Positions 7,346-16,345 of a stretch of 48,440 nt of DNA are shown one piece after another. The stretch is from a virus. The position numbers and the translations under genes were made by a program. Every line of letters starts with the position of its first letter. Within the stretch, counting starts at the first letter, position 1. The notes under the pieces are model-generated. The model made no database searches. It was not told the origin of the DNA and was given only the letters and a program-made list of their open reading frames with translations. The stretch lies in IMG/VR virus record IMGVR_UViG_3300043499_000073; one strand, written 5' to 3'.

Positions 7346-8634
7346 GCCGCTTCCGATGCGTAGTAGCCGCCAGCGGTCTTAACCTGCAGCACACGGTAAC
7401 GCTGCGTTAAAAAAGAGCCGCCGAAACCGCTCGGAATAGCGCCGCTGCCGCCGGTTTGGCAGGCGGTCGGGCCAAACGGTTCAGTCAGTCCCTCGTCGCT
7501 GCTGTGGACATAATCGCCGACATAAACCAGGCGGGTCTGAATCAGCGGCTCGCCGTCGCGGGTGGTAAAAAACCGATAGGCGATGCCCTCACCGTGCGAC
7601 CAGCCGCCCATATAGAACTGGCCGTCAGTCGCCATGCCGAAGTTGCAGGCGAAGTAGCCGGCGCAGTGGAACGCCATGGTCGGATAAGGCGGACCTTGCA
7701 GCATGACGCTGGAGGGTGTCGCCGAGGCGAAATAGACGCTGTTGTTGAAGAAAGTGTGATTGGTGTTGCTGGGATGGGAAGATCCGCCGTTAGCCGACAA
7801 CGTACCGCTGAAAGTGGCAACGCCTGCACTGAGGCCGGCGCCGACCACCAGGCCGCCGTTCGGCATCTGATAGTTGGTGCCATCAAAGCCGACATAATGG
7901 GCCTGGTTGCTGCCGAGGAAGGCGTAGCCGACATTTGCGCTGCGGTAGGCGTAAAAGTCGGCAGCGACCTTCAAATCGCCAATCATGGTATCGCCGGTCT
8001 TGCTAACCTTGCCGGCGGCGGTCGTGGCGACAGCGGCGTCAGCTGCGTCGACGTAGTCCTTGCGCACGGCATTGGCCGCGGCCGGCGACGTCGGCAACGA
8101 TAAATGCCCAGTCATAGTCGAACCGGCCTTGGCGACCTTCTCGGCTTCCAGCTCGGCGATCGCCGCCTGCACGTTGGTGGCAGCGATATCGCCAGTCGGT
8201 ACCGACGGCACCAGGTTGGCGGCCGGCGGCGGCGGCGCGGAATCGTCGACGTATTTCTTGGTAGCGGCTTCCAGGTTGGTGGTCGGCGGTCCGGCCAGGG
8301 TAAGCGGCCCACTCAGAGTGCCGCCGGTCAGGAGCAGGTAGCCACTGCCCGGCGCCTGCGTGGCCATGCGCCACTGCGTCGGATTGAACGAGCCCGGCTG
8401 GACGACATTGAGCGCAACATAAAGAGCGTCCTGGTAGACGACAAAGTCATTGAGCAAATACTGCGCTTTCGGGTCGAAGTAGCGCACCGCGATCAAGGCC
8501 AGCGGCAGCCCCTCGGGGTCGCCAACCGCGATCTGCCGGGTCGACGTATTGACGATGATTTCGCCCTTCTCGATCGGATGCGGGAACACCACGGTCGGAT
8601 CGCTGTCGCGGCGGTGGCGGTAGTGTGAAGTCAT
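7342..8634 (-). CDS. Tail fibre / receptor-binding protein, 430 aa (shares its N-terminal anchor with 12811..13677)
   Basis: The N-terminal ~115 aa aligns with the 288-aa fibre (YRHRR...GE..VNT..RQ.A.GD...PL.LIAVRYFD...FNP). It carries the LLTGGTLSGPLTL motif common in phage fibres. The C-terminal half is Gly/Ala-rich. Confidence 0.75.
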   Translation of the reverse strand: MTSHYRHRRDSDPTVVFPHPIEKGEIIVNTSTRQIAVGDPEGLPLALIAVRYFDPKAQYLLNDFVVYQDALYVALNVVQPGSFNPTQWRMATQAPGSGYLLLTGGTLSGPLTLAGPPTTNLEAATKKYVDDSAPPPPAANLVPSVPTGDIAATNVQAAIAELEAEKVAKAGSTMTGHLSLPTSPAAANAVRKDYVDAADAAVATTAAGKVSKTGDTMIGDLKVAADFYAYRSANVGYAFLGSNQAHYVGFDGTNYQMPNGGLVVGAGLSAGVATFSGTLSANGGSSHPSNTNHTFFNNSVYFASATPSSVMLQGPPYPTMAFHCAGYFACNFGMATDGQFYMGGWSHGEGIAYRFFTTRDGEPLIQTRLVYVGDYVHSSDEGLTEPFGPTACQTGGSGAIPSGFGGSFLTQRYRVLQVKTAGGYYASEAA

Positions 8635-8643
8635 CGCATCCCC

Positions 8644-11600
8644 CTAGATCCGCTTCCAGACGCCGCCATCCTTGACGAAACTGGCGATCGGCAGCGTCCA
8701 GGTGCCGCCGACCTTAACGTAGGTCGTGGTTTCCTTCCACACGCCGCCGGTCTTCACCCAGGTCTTGCCGACCGGCACGCCGACGGCAAAAACCGGCGTG
8801 ATCGGCTGGCCGGCGATCGGCACCACACCGGCCGTCAGGATTTCCTTGCGGGCAAACACATCAGTCAGCGCCAGCCCAACCAGTGGCACGGCAGCCGGAC
8901 TGATTATCTCGGTGTAGTTAATGCCGCCGGCCGAGAAGATCGGCGTGATAGTGAGGCCGCCGATCGGCAACGCGCCAGCCGTCAGCGTGTCGGTGTATTT
9001 CTTGCTGAAGACCGGCGTGACGGTCGAGCCGACGATCGGCACTGCGCTTGGCGCGATCGTGTCGGTGTATTTCTTACTGAACGCCGGCGTGACGGTCTGC
9101 CCAGTGATCGGTACCGCACTCGGCGTGAGCGTGTCGCTGCGGGCGTAGACATCAGCAGCCGCGGCGCCGACGATCGGCACGCTGCTGGGCGCAATCGTAT
9201 CGCTGCGGGCGTAAACATCGGCGACAGCTGCGCCGGCAACCGGCACGGCGGCCGCGGTGATCGTATCAGTGTAATTGATGCCGGTGGTAGCGCCCTCACC
9301 CATCCATGACTTGAAACCGGATGGAACAGGGAAAACTAACGCGGCAAGCTCAGTGCGGATTGTTACTTCTGTAGGACCGATAAAACTGTTTGCCTGTAGG
9401 GCCTGAATACTGTAGCCGCTGGAAGTGATACCGCCGCTGTTGGTTGCCGGATCGTCGGTCGAAACGCCGTTCCAGTAACCGTTATTAAGCCGCAGCCATA
9501 CTTTGTTGTTGAGTGTGTCGGTGGCAACGCAGACCGTGTCTCCATCGACAATTGCAGCTGTGCCAAGTCCGGTCGCGCCGCCAAAGGCGTAGATTGTGCC
9601 GTTCTGGTAGAGAGAAATAGCGAAGCCATAATCATTCGCAATCAATGCGGGCGGCGGCCCCCTGGAAACACCAGCCATGACACCACTGGCCTGGACACAC
9701 AGAAACTCGCCGTAATATTTCTCGTCGTCGGCAACATCATGCAGCGTCGTAGATCGGACACCATCGCCAGCGGTCAGTGTTGCCGTCTTGTCGGCATTTG
9801 ACAGCGTTACGCCTGCGGTCTTGTCGTTGACGTTCCACGCATTGGCAATACTGGTAGCAGCGCCGGCATAGACCGGATTGATCGTTGCGCCGACGATCGG
9901 CAGCGTGCTGGTAGTGATAGTGTCGGTGTAATTGATAGGACCGGCGACATAGACCGGAGTGATCGTTGCGCCGACGATCGGCAGCGCACTAGCAGTGATC
10001 GTGTCGGTATAATTGATACCGGCGGCTGGTGCCGCCGACCGGACTTCGATGATCTCGACAAACGACGGGACGTTGGCGAAGAACGGCGCGTAGCCGGTCT
10101 TGTCGACCAGTGCCGCCTCGGCCACACCGTTCTTGTAGTAAAGCGAGCCGCCCAAGGCCGGTGCAGCGCCGTAGTGGATGTCGACCGTGCCGCCGGGAGG
10201 AAATTGAGCCGAAACAGCGTAGTTCTTGGTGTTGTCCCAGTCATCCGGCAACGGCACCCAGTCGGACAGCACATAGCCGGTAACGCCATCGAACGTCAGC
10301 GTGTCGCTGCCGCCAAACATGAGACGAGCTGGCGTGCCAGCCTTGAAATCATAGGCATCGCCGGATGCCGCCGCCTGATTGATGTAGCAGACAGCCGTCT
10401 GTCCAGCGGCTGTCGTGGGATGGAAGTACAGTCCGACACGCACCTCCGAGCCGGTGCCGGCGCGCAGATTGGCGGCGAGATGCGTGGTGACGAACGTGTA
10501 GTTCTGCCAGCCAGCGTTGATGCTGGACATAGTGTACGCGCCATAAACAGCCTTGATGTTGTCGGGCAAGACAACCCAGTCGCTGTAGGCGACGGCACCG
10601 TTGCTCAGCGTGATGTTGGCAACGCCACTCCACTTTAATTGGACCGGCGTGAATGTCGTGCTGCCAAGGTATGGCGAATTAGGATCGTTGGTGCCGTTCC
10701 AGATGCCGACAGAGGCGGTGGTTATGATGACGGACGAAGCCGACGGCGCTTCCAGGCGAACGCGAACCTCGCGTGTGGCACCAGAGCCTCTGATCTGGAT
10801 CTCGTTGACGAAGGCACTGTAGCCATCGATCTTGGCGCTGCCCTCGTGTGCATGATTGTACTGAGAAACTGGCGGCCCGGTGTAGGCCACCAGCGCCCCA
10901 CTGCCGGGACCGCTGATGGTTCCCTGGCCGGTGGTCAGGCGCAGATCGGATGGCGAACCGAGGTCGGTGACGACAACAAGATGCGTGGCATCCGCCATGC
11001 TGGTGACAGGCACCACAGAGCGCATGGCGTAACCGCCCCAGCCGGCACTATCGCTGGTGGACGCGACTGAGTAGATCGTCGTTTCGGTTAACGACCCGCC
11101 ATAAACTGGCGTGATGCTCGATCCGGTGATCGGCACGCTGCCTGGCGTGATCGTATCGGTATATGCATGTGTTTCATGCAACGGTGTGATCGTTGCGCCG
11201 GCGATCGGCACGCTGCTCGGCGTGATGGTGTCGGTATAAGCGACGAACGGAACGAAGTTGGGCGTGACGATCGCGCCGGCGCTCTCGATGTAAAACACCG
11301 CATCGGCGTTGTTGCTGCCGGATGTGCCAATGATGCTCCACTCGCACATCACCCACAGGTATTCGTTGGTGAGCGTGACGGTGGCGCCGGGCGTCCACGT
11401 CACGGTCGACACGCCGGACGCCGTGGTAGTCAGCGCGGCGGTGGTGGTGCCGGCCACCGACGAACCCATAATGCCAGCTATTCCGGTCGAACCGTCAGCA
11501 GACGCAGACCTGTAAAGTCTGACCCGCATCTGCCCGGTCTGCGACGAGGCGGCAGACACCGCGCGCATGCGAAACGTGAATGTCCAATTGGTATTGGCAA

Positions 11601-11859
11601 ATACGCCGGTAAGCGGCGATTCACTACGGAAGCAACCATTTGCCGAAAACGAAGTCAGCGCATCGCCAGCAGCAAACGTGTTTGATGCACGCTTGGACCC
11701 GGCAATCATCAACGACATGTTGGTGGCGGCCAGCTTGGCCACGGTCCAGCCGGTGGTGGTGATGCCGGTCGCCGGAGCTGTGCCGCCGTCTTGCAGGCTC
11801 AGTGATGTCGATGAGCCACTCGGCGCCGCGTTCTTGAAGTAGAAGGTCTTAGTTGCCAT
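8644..11859 (-). CDS. Large multidomain tail fibre/tailspike-like protein, 1071 aa, with ~11 copies of a ~22-aa YTDTITPxxVPIxGxxITPVF repeat and a SPRY-like domain
   Basis: Repeat clusters lie at 11095-11241, 9865-10017 and 8770-9279. The segment NAWNVNDKTAGVTLS...EKYYGEFLCVQ...GDTVCVATDTLNNKVWLRLNNGYW matches the SPRY/B30.2 pattern. The C-terminus has GGxWK repeats. Confidence 0.75.
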   Translation of the reverse strand: MATKTFYFKNAAPSGSSTSLSLQDGGTAPATGITTTGWTVAKLAATNMSLMIAGSKRASNTFAAGDALTSFSANGCFRSESPLTGVFANTNWTFTFRMRAVSAASSQTGQMRVRLYRSASADGSTGIAGIMGSSVAGTTTAALTTTASGVSTVTWTPGATVTLTNEYLWVMCEWSIIGTSGSNNADAVFYIESAGAIVTPNFVPFVAYTDTITPSSVPIAGATITPLHETHAYTDTITPGSVPITGSSITPVYGGSLTETTIYSVASTSDSAGWGGYAMRSVVPVTSMADATHLVVVTDLGSPSDLRLTTGQGTISGPGSGALVAYTGPPVSQYNHAHEGSAKIDGYSAFVNEIQIRGSGATREVRVRLEAPSASSVIITTASVGIWNGTNDPNSPYLGSTTFTPVQLKWSGVANITLSNGAVAYSDWVVLPDNIKAVYGAYTMSSINAGWQNYTFVTTHLAANLRAGTGSEVRVGLYFHPTTAAGQTAVCYINQAAASGDAYDFKAGTPARLMFGGSDTLTFDGVTGYVLSDWVPLPDDWDNTKNYAVSAQFPPGGTVDIHYGAAPALGGSLYYKNGVAEAALVDKTGYAPFFANVPSFVEIIEVRSAAPAAGINYTDTITASALPIVGATITPVYVAGPINYTDTITTSTLPIVGATINPVYAGAATSIANAWNVNDKTAGVTLSNADKTATLTAGDGVRSTTLHDVADDEKYYGEFLCVQASGVMAGVSRGPPPALIANDYGFAISLYQNGTIYAFGGATGLGTAAIVDGDTVCVATDTLNNKVWLRLNNGYWNGVSTDDPATNSGGITSSGYSIQALQANSFIGPTEVTIRTELAALVFPVPSGFKSWMGEGATTGINYTDTITAAAVPVAGAAVADVYARSDTIAPSSVPIVGAAAADVYARSDTLTPSAVPITGQTVTPAFSKKYTDTIAPSAVPIVGSTVTPVFSKKYTDTLTAGALPIGGLTITPIFSAGGINYTEIISPAAVPLVGLALTDVFARKEILTAGVVPIAGQPITPVFAVGVPVGKTWVKTGGVWKETTTYVKVGGTWTLPIASFVKDGGVWKRI

Positions 11860-12112
11860 CGCTCACCCACACGAAGGTGTAGGTGCAGCGTGAATACTCC
11901 TGAACATGCTCAGGGCTAGTCGGCCACACGTTGCAGCCGCCGCGGTAGTACGGATGCCCATCGTGTCCATTGCAGTGACCATGCCCCTCGATCGTGCGAT
12001 AGAGCGCGCAGTAGCCTTGCACCGGCGGCGGCCCCAGCTCGCCGTCGAACGGATCTCTGCCGCGGCAGCAGTCGCCGCACTGGCAGCACTCGCCGTTGCG
12101 GACCCAGGTCAT
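11849..12112 (-). CDS. Cys-rich CxxCxxCC (YkgJ-like zinc/iron-chelating domain) protein, 87 aa
   Basis: Sequence starts MTWVRNGECCQCGDCCRGRD, with an exact C-x2-C-x2-CC. Further Cys/His residues follow (HGHCNGHDGH, GGCNVW, SRCTY). ATGA-coupled upstream, and it overlaps the big fibre start by 11 nt. Confidence 0.6.
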   Translation of the reverse strand: MTWVRNGECCQCGDCCRGRDPFDGELGPPPVQGYCALYRTIEGHGHCNGHDGHPYYRGGCNVWPTSPEHVQEYSRCTYTFVWVSDGN

Positions 12113-12345
12113 GGCGGGCGAAACCGCCCCTTCCGGGCCAGGTTCAGCAGCTCTTTAGCCAGCGCCTGCGCCTGATCCGGCGTGAAGTTGACCACCAGCG
12201 AGCCGTTGGTCCGCACTTCGGCGCCGGTAACGCCGATCTTGATGTTGTCCTTGATGCAGCCAAGCACCTGCAGCTGGAGCATGCTGACGGTGTGACCCGC
12301 CAGGATGAACGGCCGCTGCTTCAGATCGGTGACGTAGTCGACCAT
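12109..12345 (-). CDS. Hypothetical 78-aa protein
   Basis: Track ORF, tightly coupled on both sides inside the fibre cluster. Confidence 0.55.
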   Translation of the reverse strand: MVDYVTDLKQRPFILAGHTVSMLQLQVLGCIKDNIKIGVTGAEVRTNGSLVVNFTPDQAQALAKELLNLARKGRFRPP

Positions 12346-12346
12346 G

Positions 12347-12796
12347 TCAGTTGATGGTGAATAACGCCCCTTGCGGGATCGTATAAGTGTCGGTGATCGC
12401 CATGGTGATGCCGGAGCCGTGATTAATCCAGCCGATCACCGGATTGAGCGGCGTGGTCGGCGTGTCGTTCCACCAAATCGCATATTGGAACGTCGGAATG
12501 GCGCCGGTCGCGACCCACTGCACCGAGCCGGCCGGACCGGCGCCGGTGTGCGACACGGTGGTGACCTGACCGGAGCGGGTAAACGACATCGTCGTCGCCA
12601 TGCCAACGCCGTCGGCGGCCTGGGTGTAGCCGTTGCCGCCGGCAATCTGCGTCGGCGACACGTTCGACAGCAGAAACGACCCGGTGAGCGATGGCGCGGT
12701 ATTGGTCAACAGCAGCCGGAACTGGTCGCTGTTGAAATCATGCACTTTGTTGGCAATATCCTCACTCAAACAGTCCGGCTCGATGAAGGTGGCCAT
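12347..12796 (-). CDS. Hypothetical 149-aa fibre-cluster protein
   Basis: The ATG at 12796 (MATFIEPDCLSED) is preceded by AGGAGACTGCAA. The longer track form would overlap the upstream fibre gene. Confidence 0.6.
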   Translation of the reverse strand: MATFIEPDCLSEDIANKVHDFNSDQFRLLLTNTAPSLTGSFLLSNVSPTQIAGGNGYTQAADGVGMATTMSFTRSGQVTTVSHTGAGPAGSVQWVATGAIPTFQYAIWWNDTPTTPLNPVIGWINHGSGITMAITDTYTIPQGALFTIN

Positions 12797-12810
12797 TTGC
12801 AGTCTCCTAG

Positions 12811-13677
12811 TTACGGGGCAACTTGATACCAAACATCGCCATCGGCGCCGCCGCTCGGCGGCGAGGTCGAAACTGTCGCCTTGGGCGCCTTGGTGTCGAC
12901 GTAGGCTTTGGTCGGCACCTGGTCGGCGTCAACGATCGCGACCGGATTGGTGAGCTTAACCTTGCCGCTACTGGCGATGCGCAGTCGCTCGATGCCGCCG
13001 GCAGATGCCCCTGTGTAGAATGACAACGCAGTAGGTAGCGAATTGGCACTTGGCGCACTATCGACTATGGCGCCAACGCCAGCACTCTGCGGCCAATCGT
13101 AGACACCATCCACCACTGGCGAAGCTTCGCCGCCAAACCCAAGCCAGCCGATCCAATCATTGAGCTGAAGCGGAACTGAACCGCCGTCGAGTGTGCCACG
13201 CGCACGGTTAAGGATGAAGTTTGCACTGGCATTTGGAGCGTTGTCGTAGCGGTCTAATTCAAACACTCCTCCTGGGCCATAAACGTAAAGCTCCATTCCA
13301 GTGATGTTGTTTACATCGAACGGAATATAGCTTTCGCTAGCGATGTACAGCGGCCCGGTCAGCGTGCCGCCGGTCAGCGGCAGATAGACGCCGGCGCCGG
13401 CTGCCGTGAAGTTCGCCGGGTTGAACCCGGCCGGGCCGTGCGCCGCGGTGCATTTGTAGATGGTGCCGGAATAGACCACATGGTCGCCGGCCGCGTAGAT
13501 GCCGCGGGCATCAAAGTAGCGCACGGCGATCAATGGCAGGGGCAGGCCAACGCTGCCGGCGTTGGCATCGCCGGCGGCAAGCTGGCGATTGGCAGTGTTG
13601 ACCGAAAGCTCGCCCGGCTCGAGCATCGGAAACGGATTGGACGGATTGGCGCTGCGCCTATGGCGGTACTGCTTCAT
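12811..13677 (-). CDS. Tail fibre / receptor-binding protein, 288 aa (paralogous N-terminus to 7342..8634)
   Basis: GGAGGGAG Shine-Dalgarno 6 nt before the ATG. N-terminus MKQYRHRRSANPSNPFPMLEPGELSVNTANRQLAAGD...LIAVRYFD, and the LPLTGGTLTGPLYI fibre motif. Confidence 0.75.
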   Translation of the reverse strand: MKQYRHRRSANPSNPFPMLEPGELSVNTANRQLAAGDANAGSVGLPLPLIAVRYFDARGIYAAGDHVVYSGTIYKCTAAHGPAGFNPANFTAAGAGVYLPLTGGTLTGPLYIASESYIPFDVNNITGMELYVYGPGGVFELDRYDNAPNASANFILNRARGTLDGGSVPLQLNDWIGWLGFGGEASPVVDGVYDWPQSAGVGAIVDSAPSANSLPTALSFYTGASAGGIERLRIASSGKVKLTNPVAIVDADQVPTKAYVDTKAPKATVSTSPPSGGADGDVWYQVAP

Positions 13678-13718
13678 TCATGGCTCCCTCCTCAAGTCAG
13701 AGCCTGGTAAAAGTCAGT

Positions 13719-14111
13719 CTAACGTTTGCGACTGCGCGCCGCGCTCTCGGTGAAAGTAAAATCCAGCGTGTTGCTCTTCATGCTGCCGGTGCGAACGCCG
13801 ACCGGACAGGTGGCGGCGACCGCGAATATGCTCGGTTTGACGCCGGTGGTGATTTCGGTGGAACTCCTAAACTTGGTCGGCTCGTCGTGGCCGTTGAAGA
13901 CGATCTTGGTCACTTCGGTGAAATTCTCGCCGCTGACGACCAGCTCCAGGTCACCCTCGCCGCAAACCGCGGTGTCCGGCTCGAGCAGCTCAATGGTCGG
14001 CGGCTTCGCCTCGCTGAAAACGATATTGTCGGCGGCGCCGCCGGTGATGTCGACCTTGCCGGGACCGGACACGGTCAGAACCTGGTGCTCGCCGATGTGA
14101 TGGATCGTCAT
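13719..14111 (-). CDS. IPT/TIG (Ig-like) domain protein, 130 aa
   Basis: PTIELLEPDTAVCGEGDLELVVSGENFTEVTKIVFNGHDEPTKFRSSTEITTGVKP follows the P-x-I-x-x-I-x-P...G-x-x-F...V-x-F pattern of IPT/TIG domains. Confidence 0.6.
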   Translation of the reverse strand: MTIHHIGEHQVLTVSGPGKVDITGGAADNIVFSEAKPPTIELLEPDTAVCGEGDLELVVSGENFTEVTKIVFNGHDEPTKFRSSTEITTGVKPSIFAVAATCPVGVRTGSMKSNTLDFTFTESAARSRKR

Positions 14112-14123
14112 TGGGTATCCCTT

Positions 14124-14342
14124 TCAGAATGTGCCGCCGTCGAGCTTATCCCATATCCCGTTAGTGCGAACATACGCTTCACCGTCGAGCGGCGCCTCGG
14201 CTATTCCGCCGGCACTGCTGGCGGCGAACTGCGAAGCGATGCGCTTGTTGGCGGTCGGCGCCGCGGTAGTCTGAATGGCATTGCCGATCGCCGCCGGGTC
14301 GACGTTGGGTACCCAAAGCGCAACTCGCAGATTTTGGCTCAT
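14124..14342 (-). CDS. Hypothetical 72-aa fibre-associated protein
   Basis: ATGA-coupled to the upstream fibre. The C-terminal EAPLDGEAYVRTNGIWDKL resembles a motif recurrent in phage fibre proteins. Confidence 0.5.
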   Translation of the reverse strand: MSQNLRVALWVPNVDPAAIGNAIQTTAAPTANKRIASQFAASSAGGIAEAPLDGEAYVRTNGIWDKLDGGTF

Positions 14343-15751
14343 GGCGGTAGCACCACAGGAATATGCGGCCGGAACCAGACTGCCCAGAACCTGGAATCGG
14401 CCGGCGGCGCCACGGTCATCGCCAGGGTCGCGTCAATGCCGGTGAAATCAACGCCGGGCTCCTGCACAACACCATCCAGACTGACGATCAGCTGCGCGCT
14501 GTTGCCGATCGTGGTCGCGACCGCCGGCGGGCCGACGGTCGGATCGATGTAGCTCAGAGTGAAGATCTTGGTGGTGCCATCTGGTGTGAGCGGCTGCACT
14601 TTGAAGGCGTCGACCTTGGCGGAATTGATTTGGTCGGGCGGGATCATCAAATCCCACTGCACCACGGCGCCGGCGCCAGGCGCCTCGACCATGGTCATGC
14701 TATCGGCCGTCGGGTTGGTGGTGTAGTCGACGGTCGGCACCAGCCGCACGCCGTTCAAGTAAACGTCATGCCCCTCATTGGTAAAAAGCGGCGCGCGACC
14801 GCTGCTATCCATGCCGGAGAAGGTGACCTGGCCGGCGGTCGCGACGTAGACGTAACGCGCACGGAAACCTGGCGCGACGGTGATGCCGGGCTCCTGCCAG
14901 GAGGTGCCGTTCCAGATCATGATCGAGTTTTTTGCGGTGTCGTAGTAGAAACTGCCGACCGCTAACGGATCCGGCACGGTTTCGCCGGTGTTGGGGTTGG
15001 TTTCGCCAGGAACCGGCGGCACCGACCACGGCCCGAGGTAGTAAAAACCGATATTGCCGACCAATTGCTGGCAATAAATGGCCCACCACTTGGCCGACCA
15101 CAAACCACCGACGCCACCCATGCCGGAAACCGGCTGGTAGAACAGTCCTTGCGGAAATGCCGAGGCATTTATGAAATCCAGCGCGTGGCTGTTATCGACA
15201 ACAGGTCCGGCTAGATACTCTGCCCATTGAAGCGCCTCATCTTTGGCGGCAATGGCGTTGTCGGACTGCGCATGTGAGTAATTTGCCGAATTTTCCGAGG
15301 CAATCGCCGCGGATTCGGCCCGATCGGCGGAATTTTCCGCGTCAGAGGCGGAATCCAGCGCGTTGACGTTGCCGTGACTGATCGCGCTGAGCATTTGCGC
15401 CGCGCTGACGGCCGCCGCTTCAGCATCGGTGGCGCGCAAATCGGTCTCGCGACCGCTTTTGATGACAATCTGGATGGCGTCGGCGGCTTTTTCCGCTGCA
15501 GCGGCAATGCGGCGCTCGGTTTCGTCGATTTCGGCGCGATCGAGCTTCCATTCCGGCGTCAGTTGCTCCTGGCCGACGCTGTTATTGACCAGTTTGCCGT
15601 CGTCGCGGCGAATATCCGCAAGTGCTTGCTGGGTGGACTGGATTGCTTCGACTAGATTGTGGATCTGCGCGTCGAGCAGGTCGGCCTGGATCTGGCCGCG
15701 CGGGCGGTCGGAGAATAAAATCTTCTGCTGCGGCCGCACGATCGCTGGCAT
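14339..15751 (-). CDS. Tail fibre-like protein, 470 aa; first gene of the late super-operon
   Basis: The N-terminus (LFSDRPRGQIQADLLDAQIHNLVEAIQSTQQALADIRRDDGKLVNNSVGQEQL) is typical of fibre N-terminal helices. A long Ala/Ser/Asp coiled region follows, then a beta-rich C-terminal half. Confidence 0.65.
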   Translation of the reverse strand: MPAIVRPQQKILFSDRPRGQIQADLLDAQIHNLVEAIQSTQQALADIRRDDGKLVNNSVGQEQLTPEWKLDRAEIDETERRIAAAAEKAADAIQIVIKSGRETDLRATDAEAAAVSAAQMLSAISHGNVNALDSASDAENSADRAESAAIASENSANYSHAQSDNAIAAKDEALQWAEYLAGPVVDNSHALDFINASAFPQGLFYQPVSGMGGVGGLWSAKWWAIYCQQLVGNIGFYYLGPWSVPPVPGETNPNTGETVPDPLAVGSFYYDTAKNSIMIWNGTSWQEPGITVAPGFRARYVYVATAGQVTFSGMDSSGRAPLFTNEGHDVYLNGVRLVPTVDYTTNPTADSMTMVEAPGAGAVVQWDLMIPPDQINSAKVDAFKVQPLTPDGTTKIFTLSYIDPTVGPPAVATTIGNSAQLIVSLDGVVQEPGVDFTGIDATLAMTVAPPADSRFWAVWFRPHIPVVLPP

Positions 15752-15814
15752 GGCGCGTTTTCCGTTGCGGACAGGCTGCAGTTTATCGCATTGAACCGGA
15801 AAAGGGGAAGCAAC

Positions 15815-16345
15815 ATGATCTCAGCTGAAGCACTCGCTGCGTTATCCGGCCTGGAACACGGCGCGCACTACAACACGCTGCACTCGATCGCCCGCGAATT
15901 GATCGAGGCCGGCTATGCCTGCGAGGATTGGGGCCAGCTCAACATGACCGAGGCCGGGCGGGTCTATCTGCGGCGGGGTAAATTCAACATCAGGATCACT
16001 GGCGATGAGCATGTGTCAGACATGTCGGTCACGCACATGCGGATCCCCGATGCGCCGATCGATCGCAGACCGTCGAAATTCTGGAAGAACCGCGCTGGCG
16101 ATTTCGAACAGCCGCACCGCACCCGCGGCGACTTCGATCCGACGGTCGCGCTCGACACCACCACGGTTGCAACGAGGCCGCTCGAGCTGGTGCAAGAGGC
16201 GCCGGCCGAGCCGCTGCCGGCCGCGACCGATCGCATGCAGGAGATGTTGCGCGCGGCCGGTGTGGCGTCGGGCATCACTGGCGTGTGGCCGGACGAAAGA
16301 TGGGTGCTCGAGTTCGTGAAGGCGCTAGATAATCCGGCTCCGTAG
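15815..16345 (+). CDS. Hypothetical 176-aa early protein, possible N-terminal winged-helix
   Basis: The ATG at 15815 is preceded by AAAAGGGGAAGCAAC. It is transcribed divergently from the late operon. The N-terminal segment LHSIARELIEAGYACEDWGQLNMTEAGRVYL looks wHTH-like, which is weak evidence. Confidence 0.6.
   Translation: MISAEALAALSGLEHGAHYNTLHSIARELIEAGYACEDWGQLNMTEAGRVYLRRGKFNIRITGDEHVSDMSVTHMRIPDAPIDRRPSKFWKNRAGDFEQPHRTRGDFDPTVALDTTTVATRPLELVQEAPAEPLPAATDRMQEMLRAAGVASGITGVWPDERWVLEFVKALDNPAP

Noticed and set aside
8644-11859. Diversity-generating retroelement targeting the repeat-rich fibre
   Set aside because: No reverse transcriptase ORF exists anywhere in the genome. No template/variable repeat pair with adenine-specific differences was seen; the repeats are in-frame protein repeats.
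13680-14552. 290-aa plus-strand ORF across three fibre-cluster genes
   Set aside because: It runs antisense through three separately coupled minus-strand genes and their intergenic RBS regions. This is a high-GC artefact.
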